This document shows, piece by piece, positions 44,677 through 56,600 of a DNA stretch of 64,000 nt. The first letter of the stretch is position 1. Each line of letters begins with the position of its first letter. The notes beneath the pieces were generated by a model that saw only the letters and a program-made list of their open reading frames with translations, did no database searches and was not told the DNA's origin. This stretch comes from Vicugna vicugna. Lineage: Eukaryota. Where the stretch lies: assembly GCA_013265495.1 (NCBI GenBank), contig MU059829.1, positions 310,001 through 374,000 on the forward strand, given 5' to 3'. The position numbers and the translations under genes are program-made.

Positions 44677-47600
44677 CTGCACCGTGAGAGTTGAGGGAAG
44701 AGAAGATGAGGTTATAAATCTGCAATTTGTTTTTAAACACTCAGAAACCGAACCACTCTAATAAAAAACCACTAGCGGTATTTAGGCAATGCTGATAGGA
44801 AATTTCAAAATACGAGAAAAATTAGATTTTTTTGAATTGCCACCAAATAGAGAAACATTTTAAAATATCTTAAAGTTATGCCCCGATCTCTTTCAAAATA
44901 GAATTTAGTTTTATAATTTGAATTCTTTGATTACAGTAGTGCTGTCAATGACAATGGGGAGTGTTAATCTGTTCACTGCTATCAAGTCAGCATTTTATAA
45001 AGGCACATATGCCTAAGGAGTAGGCTTAAATACACTTCACTCTTTTAATCCTACAGCCTATATCAGTACAGCCGGGGACATTATTTAAGACAGAAACTCA
45101 AACTGCTCTCCAGAAGATGAAAAATATATGCTGTATATATGTATATGTAACTTAAAGTCACATCAACCCTGTGATATTTATATTTATAATTTAGTTACAT
45201 CAGCTGTTTTGTATGCTAAGGGTGGTAATTCTGAGGAACTAAATCAAATACTCCTTTCAGGTGGCATCTCCTGTCTCTCAGAAGGAAAAGCATGATTTGA
45301 AAAACACAAAAGAGAATAAAAACTTATTTTCTTAATTGAGTTCTGAGGTTATCAGGTTTTCGATCATTATCTCAAATGACACAGCTTGTCGTTAGCAAAT
45401 GATGTCTAGATACCAGACAATCCATTCTACGAAGTAGCCTGCTTCTCATGCATAGGTACTTGAAGTTTCAGTTGTAACCAGAACACAAGAGTTTTCTGCT
45501 GGACTAGAAATATCCTGGGAGGGTGACTGAGTTAGTCACTGGCACCGTGGTGTATAATTAGCAGGTTCTTGCCTAAGAGGGGTTTGGGTGCAGAGCGGTT
45601 AGACAGCCTGTGGATTGGGGCGTTTGTCTACCTCAGATGGAGATAAACAGCCCTGAAGAGAAAAGAACAGGAAGGTGTCACGTCCTAGAAGTGGTCCCTG
45701 GAGGGTGCGGGGTCGCACGAAGCTGCGTAATGGTTCTGCTCTTATTATAAGTTATTGAATTTACTGCTTTGGTTCTTTATCTCTGAATGTAAGTGGATAG
45801 TAAGTATATTTACAACTATGTGTCCCGTCTGGTTTTTGGGTTCTGAAGACTTAATTAGTTTTCAGGGTCAAGTGGAGCTACAGTTAGCGTTCACATCAGT
45901 AGCAAGCTATTTAATTTATTTTGAGAGTTTATCCGCTAAAATACCTTTCTCCAATGACCTTTAAGAAATGTAATTAGCTACGTTACATTAGAGGTACAAG
46001 AATCCACTTAGTAACATGTGAATATGCCTGGGAGGCGGAGTTCTTTCCGTCCAACCTAGTCTCAGTCAGCATTTCACGGGGATTCTTGGGGACACTCCTA
46101 CAACCGGTCCTGGCTCTGGGATGAGGAGGGCGTCTCCATTTTCTGGAAACAATGGCACCCCTGGGTAACACTGGGAGGTCCTGGCACCGTTCACCATCAT
46201 CGATTTGATGGTATATTAGGGACCATTCTTTGGGAATCAGCCATCTTTTATGATTGATTCCAGTAATTTTTAATTGCTGAAAAGTTCAGTAAGTCGATGT
46301 AAGAATATGCATAATATATCAACAACACACTATACATCTATCAGTTTTTAACTGCTTTCTTTGTGCTTATAAAACACAAATGGGGACTATACAGTGAATT
46401 TCCTGAGATACACTCATTTGTAGCTGTGCTGACTGTTCCTTTGTCTCTTACTTAATTTCCCTAAGGATATCATCTCTATTTTAAAACATTTGTTACTAAG
46501 CACACATATCACTTATTACTAAGTATACCTGTTACGGGAGTTGCTTTTATGATGACAGATAACAATGACTATGTCTCTGAATTCACTTTAAGGAGGGAGA
46601 CCATTTATACTAAATATGGAAGCATTAAGGGCAGCTTTTTCTCACTGGCCTCGGGTCTTTTTATGGGTACCGACTTTTATTCAGATTATTCTTATTTTAA
46701 GATCGCATTTCAAAAAATAATGAAACAAATGAAAACGACGGACATGAACAATTTATGCCTGGCATCGGGCTGTACCTGGATTTTCGATCCCGTGAGGCAG
46801 GAGATGTGAGTGTCGGAATGACTGGGAAGATTTGATCCAGTCACATAATCTGGCCCAACAGTTCCTCTGAGTGGTTCTTCTTTTAGCCTCTTCAGTAAAG
46901 TTGCATAAACCATTCTTTGTGACTCAGAAGGGGGTGTACATGGAGATTCTTCTGATGATCTATATTTTCAACAAATATTATATTTTTATTTTTGTAGAAT
47001 GACAGAATTGTTAAGGGGTAGACTACAACCAGTCCCTGATGATGATTCAGTCCTCCTTTTTACACGGTGGTAAATCCACTTTAGACTTGACTTATAGTAA
47101 AATGAAGAACTTGAAAAAAGCAGGAGAGAACAGCCCTGTAAATTATTACTGAATGTATGGTATACAAACCAAGATTCACTATTCTGCCAAGATGTTTAAT
47201 AAGAAAATCCACATTTTCAATATTTGTCTATAGTATTAAGTGATTCCTTCTGTATTCCAATTTTTATATCATGTTTACTCACCGGTTGATGGACTGTGTG
47301 CAAGCTCTCCACGCATCCAACTCCTCAGAAAGGTGTTCAATTTTTAAAGGCACCGACACTTTCCGACGTTTTAATAGCTGACTGAAAGATGTGAAAAAAG
47401 AAATGGACACCTGACATCCAAGACGAAGGTATCAAAAAAGCGAATGAGCTTTCACTAACTACAGTTTTAGATTTAACAACGTTGTTGGCAAATCCATGTG
47501 TATATACCAATATATATGCATGTGTGTGTGTACTTATATATTTAGTCTTTAAGTCCCCGGCAAGTCAAAGATGCTCAGTAAATCCTGGTTGGATGACAGG

Positions 47601-50600
47601 CGCAGTGAGTGAGCACATGGGTGAGTGAAGTGGGTGATGTGCAGGGAAAGGCTGGGCTGGTCGGGTGACGCTGAGTGATACCCACATCCCGCGACTGTGT
47701 GGTGTGGTACAGGGCGTCTCCGTGTTAGAAACGAGTGTCAGGAGTAAGAAAACAGGAGGAACAGGTGAGAGAAGAATGTCAGCCAGAGGAAAGGAACGGA
47801 AGTGCTGACTTCAGTCCTCTAGAGACGTGTGAAAAGAGCAGCAGAACAGCGACAGCAGAGACCCACCGCATCCACGTGCACAAAACTGGAAAACAGACCT
47901 AATTATTATTATTATTATTATTATTCATCATGAGGCTGTAGATTTACTGGTCCCAGTTCTACACTAAGTTATAAACGCAGTATGTTTTTCAAAGAACTAG
48001 TTACTTGAAATTTGAAAGGAAAAGCTGTTTAGGAGATGAAAAGAGAAAGGACGCAAGATGTTCCAGATGAAGTAAGAGGAGCACGTCTGTAATTCACATT
48101 TTTTGGTCACTCTGGCTAGTTGTCATCGTGCTGCTGGGACATGATCAGAGCTGTTGAGAACAGTGTATAAACACCCCCTCTTCCTGACACACATACTCCT
48201 GACATTTCAGTAATATTGTCTCAAATCAGTGAGCAGCTTTGTTTTTCAAGCCCAAGTTACTGAACTTAAGAAATTTTATTGATAATGTAGCCCAGCTCCC
48301 AAATAAATTCCTTAAATAACGCAGCTTCCCTGTCTACAGTTCTGCACTGGACAGCGCTTCACCTGCCCAGGTGTCCTCCACGATCGACTATGGAAAGCGT
48401 CGTTACAGAGCGAGGGAAAAACCCAGGTAAACAGGTGGAGAGAACACCGGGAAAACGTCAGGGAGAATTACACGTTAATTCAGGCTGGCTGGAGTGGTGG
48501 GTGACAAGGATGGAGCCCAACTGTGGAATTTCAAGGAAGACTAAGGATTCAGAACATTACCTGTTCAGTAGTGGGGCATCTGCTAGGCAGGAAGGCTAAG
48601 GCAGCCACAATAGTGGGCGGGTGACAGCGGGAGGAAGGAGAGGGACAGGGTGACGGCCGGAGGTGACAGCTAATGAGGACTAACTGTGGGGCTACAAAAA
48701 TGAGAAGAAGTGTGGCTGTGGGAATTTACTAAGTAATTGGATGTTGACAGTGAGGAAAAACCCTTAATCCTGGCCCTGCTCATGGAATTCTGGGTGACAG
48801 AAGTGTAATGATACCATTAGAAAAGAGAACACGGGAGGAGTGGAGAGGATTTAACTCTGAGCACATGGAGTTCTGAGTTCGGGCTGGGTCTGGGGCCCTG
48901 CTGGGCGGCGCATCCGCTTGGTGCCGGGTGTGACATGGAGGTGAAAGGGCAGCAAGTCTGAAGGGCAGCGTCCAGGCCAGAGAGGAGGGGAGCCGGGGGA
49001 GGGGAGAGGGCTGCGGGCGCAGGACGACGGGAGGAGAGCGCGAGAAGGAGCAGGGTGGACTTGGGGAACGGGGTGTGAGGGGTTTGGGGACCCACACAAG
49101 CAGCAGGACCAGACGACAGAGGTACAGTCAGAAGTCGGAGCGGCCCTTCAGAACTGGGGGCTCTGGGTTTCTCCTTCTGAACTCACAAGCTTCTGCCCTA
49201 GACGCCCCCTCTCACGTCTCCCCTGCCTTACGAAAAAAAAGCTGCCTTTCATCCGCAGTGTTATCTCAAGTGACCATTTTCTCTCTCTTTACCCCCATTA
49301 TTACCAAAGTCACACAGAGCTGAACATATTTCATTAAATAACATGAATTCCATGTGATACATCCTGTTATTATAATGATTTTAACATGGTTAAAAGTTGC
49401 TTTCGAATTGTGGTCATGCCGCCTGCATGGAAGCAGGTTTCTCTTTGAGCGCCCTGCCCTGCTGGCGTGACCTGCCTCGGTCTGCTAGGCGGCAGACCCC
49501 CAGCTACAAGCCCTCCCCCTGGGCGGGACGGGGAAGGGGCCGGGAAGGGGAAAGCGCCGTTCCTCCCAGAATCCTCGGCCCCACAAAGCGTTCTCGGGAA
49601 AGTGCTGAACCACAGGCTCAGCGTTTTCAGGTGTAGCCTGCTCTGCCATTCAGTGAACCAGCAGGCTTGGAAATGGTTTTTTAGGGAAGGCACTGGACTT
49701 TCTTTTTGAGTCTAACAAGTTTTAAGCACGACGGCTGAAGTTCAGCAAAGCTATTAGAAAATATAGGTATTTTGCAGGTCGGTTATACCTGAATATAAAA
49801 TAGTGAGTTACCTGCCACTCACCAACCCTCTTGACTTTGCCTTTTTCTACTATTGAGAGGGGAAAGCTCAAAATACCCAGTTTCTCATCTTCTGTTACAA
49901 GTAGGGTCACACAGCACTGGCCAGTGGGATGTCAGCGTACAGCGCTCAGAGGAGACTTTCCTTCCTGACGGAATCCATCCTGGAATGCCTGCCTCGAGCG
50001 TCCTGATGTAAGACCAAGAAATCCTGGTGTTTATGCTAGAGTTAGGGTCTCTATCATTTACACCCTGATTCGCTTCTCATTCTTACTGTTTATTGCTGCT
50101 TTAGTATAAAGCGCATGCTTAGGAAGTAAATGGATGGATGTGTGCTGAATGTCGCTTCTGGGATGCACTGAGATACTAACCATCTTAGAACGGAGGGGAA
50201 ACTGCTTTTACCTTGTGTATTCATAGAGTGCTGGGACGATGCTTCGGTACTGTCTTACGATAGCCAGCAATGCACCGACGTACCCACATAAAATGAGCAA
50301 CTCATTTCGAGCTCTGAAAGAGGAAATATTTATGCTTTTAATTACGTAATTTGAGGTACAGAACATTGTTCTCATATATAGTTACTGTACTTGTATCTCG
50401 GTATTTTGATGAGTGACATTTACAGCAAAATATGCTTAGAAAAGTTTCTAAACCTGAAGATGTCTTAGTCATCAGTTAACTCCTATTCAGACATGAATAC
50501 AATAACACAAACTGTAATTTAAAACAGAAGTCTTTAGAATATTTAACCCTTGCCTTCTCGCTTTTCTCTCTGCCTTGTCTGGCCCTCCGCGTAATTTCTC

Positions 50601-53600
50601 CCTAAGTTAACTCCTTTGGTCAGATTGAGGGATTCCTGGCGTACTGTGTGGACTCTAGGGAAGGCCAAAGAACACCCCTGCAGTCCCCACGGCGTACACT
50701 TGCCAAAGTGTCACCAGCTGCCATGCCGTCCTTTCCACACGGCATTGCAACAAAAGTGCCCAATGCCTCTATCACAGATTGTATGTAGTCTCTGGGGGCC
50801 TTAGTTAAGTGGGTAACAATACCTTAAAGGGTATCTGAGTTCAGGGATGTTGTCTGTTTTTTAATTTCTAGCTCTTTCACTTTGTTCCCCAACCTAGCAG
50901 GCTTTGCACACGTGGATATTGAGATATGACCACTAGATAGACCACCAAGGACATGAGGTCCAAAACCATCCCGAAGCTCTGAACTAGCCCCATTCGCACC
51001 AGGTGTGTCCGTGTGTGTCTGTGTGTACATACACATGTACCTGCACACACACTAGGTATTAGGACATGGGGCCACTAGGATTTATTCTTTGTTTCCAATT
51101 GACCTCTGTATTTTCACTGAAGACTACAACAAATAGAAATACAATTTGTCTACACGTGCATCTATGTGTCCAGGATGAGGTCATTTCTTGATCTGAACAC
51201 CAAAACCAACACAGCCATTTTGAAACATTACGTAAGTTCAGCTACGCATCTTGGAGAAAAAGTACTCACTCGGTACACGTATGCAACATTAACTTCTCAG
51301 TACGAATATAACTCAGTAGGTCAAGAACGGGGTAAACGGTATCTAGACTCCAGTCTGAACTACCGATGTGTCCTGGCAAAGCAAAACCAAACAGAAGATT
51401 CTCTAAACAATAGTACTAAGCTTGTTCATCCAGTTTTTACCGTATGTAACTGATTCTTTTCTGGTCAGTGCTGTCCAGCTCTTTATCGTCTAGATCACAA
51501 TCAGGCCCCGACACCATACAGTCAGCAATCTCTTTCCTTTTTAAATTTAGGATGACTAGCGCTGGACTTTACGGCTTTTTCGCAACATGAGTGAAAATAT
51601 CAAACAAATGAGTAGATTTTAAATTATTCTACCAACTAAAAACTTACCTTTGACAAAGTCAATACCAATAGGAAGGGCCTTTTCAGGTTCTTGACTTAAC
51701 AAGTAATACTTTACGCTTTCAAATGTATTGCCATTGGCCTGGGCTGTCTCAGCTAACCGCATACATTCCTCCACCATGGGCAGCTTGCACTAGAAAACCA
51801 TTGGTTTGAAGATAACGTTACTAAAATTTACAGAGACAAAAGTCATGATATAAGTACTAAGTCATTCCTTGTGCCCAGTAGGTTTTTCTTATTAAGGCTG
51901 CTCAAAATAGATGTAAATAAAATAATTTGTACTAAGAACATACATTTATGGAAATATCCTTAAGATCAAATAACAATACAACGGGTATTACCTAATGAGC
52001 CAGTAGTTTTAATCACACAAATATCGAATAAAAGAGGTAGAACTAAATTGTCCTGATTGTGAAACTGGAATTAGTACCCGCCAACGTGATTTAGCAGGGA
52101 ATGCTGAAATCAGTTATCCTTTCACAAGCATGTTCCCTGATATCATAAACACACACACTCATTCACACACACTACCTGGATTAACACAACACTCAGTAAC
52201 TATCCCAGTGTCAAAAACTATATTAAATGCAGAAAACATAAAAGGTACGTTCTTACGTCACTCTTACGTGCTCTCTACACAGTAATTCAATTTCACTTGG
52301 CCTTGAGACAAAGCAACTTTGTACTAAGCAAGAAGGCAAAAAACAAAAGGCCCAGCTTCAGCTCTGACATTCTGAAATGCCACAAAGTGGAGATCTCAGC
52401 CCAGGAAACTTCGTTACTGTGAAATGAAAAGCAATACTCTTCATCTTATCAAATAATTTGTTTTTCTGCTAAAACAGCGTTTGCTCCCCCCTCGGGTAAG
52501 TTTTCTGCTCCGATAATGCAGGCAGGAATTAAGTTCTCTCCTGCAGAAGCTCTGATGTGCTCCTGACAGTCGGCGTTTCCGTGCTCAAGTCTGCTGTCTG
52601 TCGCTCAGCACCATGTACACGGCTTGCTGCTGCCTCACTAGCCAGGCGCCCGCGGAGACCGAGCGTCCACTGCAGGAGCCACTCTGCGTCGTGACAGCGG
52701 GTGATGTGGCTCATCCACAGTGAGGTCATCCGTCTCCTCTCCTTTGAGATCTGTCACTCTCGTCCCTTCTCACCGTTTTTTTACACCCCCTTAGGTTACT
52801 AAGATGGTTTCTTCAATTTATTTATCAATGCATTTACTCAATAGTTTCATACTTTCTGGTGTTTTAAAGTTAAGTAAATTGAGTATTTTAGATCCCTCAA
52901 TCTCTCCCCACAAAATGACGACAAACTAAATTAAAAGAGCTCTTATGTATGTGACATTTCCTATTGTTTCTCCATCTTTATTCACTGATGCCAGTTATTT
53001 ACTGAGCAACTACCATGTGCAAGGTACATGCCTGGTCAGATAGACAACAGTTTCTTCACTTTGATACAAGCTCCAAGAGGAGAGGGAATAAAAAAATGAT
53101 CCCACTGAAATTTCATTGTGACACAGACGATGATAAACAGAGTAGGCTGATCGTTCCTGTAATTCTTATCCTATCTTAAAACTCTCAAAGTTATATAACT
53201 CAACATTTCAATACAAGTTTTAGTCTTACTTGTGGACTTGTCCAGAGTTATTAACACCTTTACACATAATAACTAGTCTTTCTAAGGAGTCATTAGTGCC
53301 TCTAACTATATCCTTTTAGAACGTGTGATGAAAAGACCAGTGGGCACCATGCTTGTCCCGTCACCAACAGTTTTATAAACACAGACGAGTAGTTAGCTCT
53401 CTTGGCCTCAATACCAACACTGCCACCTCTGGCCTCAGAGGAAATGTTAGCATACGCTGAAACACTACACAGTAAATGTAAAGCATAATTTAAAAAAACA
53501 AAACACTCCTGCCTCTTTCCATATGCATTTTAATCTCAACAAAAAATAGCTTTTATTTGTCATGCTTATAAAGCAAAGCACAGCTCATTGAAAAAGTGAT

Positions 53601-56600
53601 TCACAGAATAAGAAGTGTATAAAGAAGTTAAAATTACCCATAGTCTCACAAGCCATTGGTAACTTTGAACATTTATCCTTTCACAAGCATGTTCCCCGAT
53701 ATCATAAACACACACACACTCATTCACACACACTACCTGGATTAACACAACACTCAGCAACTATCCCTCGCTGAATGAATAGGGCCACTCACCCACTGTG
53801 GGGAAAATCAAGGCTTATGTAAGCGAAACAAATTTCGTTATTTTCAGTTAAAGACGAGAAAATGCTTTACTTCTATCCTATGGGGTTCTTAAAAGAGCTG
53901 TATGGATCTTTTAAAACATGCTATAAATACAATAAATACACACACAGTTAATTCTCAAAATGAAAAGCATATGATGTGTGCATAGTTTTATAATCTGCTT
54001 TTTGTTTACCTGTTTCATAGCCATCTACCAACGTCAGTAAAAATAGAACTTCATGATCTTTTTATGGATTAACAGCACTGAAATATAGAAATGTATTGTA
54101 ATTTATATAAACCATCTCCCTCTGGCTGAACATTTTAGTTGTTTTTATATATAATCTTGTTATATAAATTCCCATATTCTGTAAAGGAGTATTTTTAAAA
54201 AGTACTTTAGAATAATGCATGCAAATTTCATTATGCTTCATTAATTCTTTTTAAGATCCTAAGTTGCCTATTTGTAAAAAGTCAGCGTACACGTACCTCA
54301 AGGTACCTCAAGATGCGAGTTGAAAGGGCGTGGGAAGGGGGGGTCACTGCACCAATAACTCATTAAAGCAAGTTCCTCACCTTCTCTGAGTTCACTTTCT
54401 TTGTAAATTAGGAACAACACCCCTTGCTTTCCAGGGTTTGATGAGAATTGAGTAAACAATGATAGATGTGAAAATTTAGAACAGTTCCAAGCATATAGCA
54501 GAAACTCATAAATGCTTTCTTACTGTTGCAATTTTTGTTCTCCTTTTAAGAGGGTCCTGAGGGGACCGTTTTTCTGTTTCTCTGCGGGCGTCCCTATTTG
54601 ACCAAACCCAACACTGATGACATCGCAGCCCGCACCCCAGACCAGGACACTTAGTGTCCCCAGCGCACCTTCTCATGAAGATCATTCAGCTCTTCAGCAC
54701 AGCCGGGGCAGAAAGCACAGAGCTTTACTAACTGCAGTTCACTGTCAGGAGTCATGAGGAGGAGATCGGCTGCCAAGTTCCTATTCACACAAGAGGGGAA
54801 ACTTCAATGAAGGGAAAAATCTAAAAATAATGTTTTAGAGCTATTTCAAAGGAAGAAGATCCTTATCACACTCCCCTTGCTTTTCTGTTTTCATAAACAG
54901 CACTGATTTCTACTTAACAATGGAACTCCTAGAAATGCAGGTTACAGAAACCAACGGGCATGAAGGAAAAGTGTATTATGAAAATCCTAAATATTTTTTA
55001 AAAATCTAAACTGAGTCTTTACATGTTTACAGTTAGTTTTGTTATTATAGACTAATTCTCTAACCAGACTAAGTAGTGTGAGACATGTTCTCTGGAGTGA
55101 ACAATGAAGAAAACTCCGTGAGAGCTAATTCTCATCAGCTTCTGGTGTACCTGCCAACAGCGGTCACCAGCATTTTCCAGCACATGAAATCTAGGGGATA
55201 CTTAGATACTTTAAGTTTAGATATTTGGGTAGTCTGCATATTTCTTAAACTTTGGGTGGGAATTGAACATAGAAATGTACTTTTCTGACATGGTTGCTAT
55301 AGATTTAATCACTGGAATAAATCATTTTTAAAATAAGATTTAAAAATGTATGGAGTTAATTTTACATTAAGATCGTGTACATAAAATCATTTTCAAAAAT
55401 CACTAGGTAAGGAGGTTTGGATTTTATGCCTCATAACTGAGACCTCACTAATTTTTAATGGGTTAAAATATTATTATTCAGTTTTCACAAAACTGATACA
55501 GACACGCAGCATGACTTTAGAACAGGCAATATTCCACACGTGAAGTCACAAAGGCTGTTCATGGACTCAGGAGCAAAATCCTCCTCCACCTCCTTTGTAA
55601 GACTTCAGTAAAATCTACATCGGTCATTCATGCACATTAGTTATTTTAGAAAATTTAGGAGCTGTTTAATAAAGAATAGAGCACAGAACAGGAACAGAGA
55701 TAATCCGTGTGTGTCAAATCTTCTGTCATCATTGGGCAATTAAATCTGTGGGTGTTTTTACAGGTTCCAAATTAGAGTAATTCATCTGTTCTTGCTAAAA
55801 AGAATAAATGCCTTTATGTTTTCTGACACTAACATTTAATAGCAGTTTTTAATAATGTCCAGGAGAATATAGAAATTATCATTCGGTTTTATACTGCATA
55901 AAAAACCTGTGCTAAAATTCTACTTAAACATCTATGAACTTCAGACAAAAACCTGACTTTCTTACCATAGAATTGTATCCTGACACAGTGAAATTTACAG
56001 CAATGCTAGCTAATTTTATCCATTCGGTCTAATTCACTATTTATTGAAAATTCAGTAGCCAACAGAGGAAATATAGAGCAGACAAATGATCTAAACTTTT
56101 AAATTTCACTATTAAACAGGCATTTTAATTTGCTTAGCTGAGTTAACTATTGTTTTATTGTAGAAAGCCACAGTTCATTTATTACACAAATTTAAAGTAT
56201 AAAATCATGAGTGATTTTGCATCTAGGTTACAGGAACCATTCTCATTACTTTGTAGTTACGTTTTATATAAATGATATAAATGAACTGACATTCTGTAAA
56301 ACAATAAAGCAAAAACAGTTAGTGATCATTTTTCTTGGTAAAGAGTTGATATTCTAAAAAGAAAACAAAATGACATATGAACTTTAATTGAACATTTTAA
56401 TAAAACTGGATAATACCTGTATCCAACAGATGGAAAGCTAAAAAGAAAATGAATTTGAAAACCATGAATATGCAATGAGAACCAAGAAAAAGCAAACTTT
56501 TACCAGTAAATGTAAAAAACACGAAGTGTTCTTGGTTTATAAAATCATATTCTCTCGGAGGAGAGTAAGCTCAGTGGTGGAGTGCATGCCTAGCATGCAT

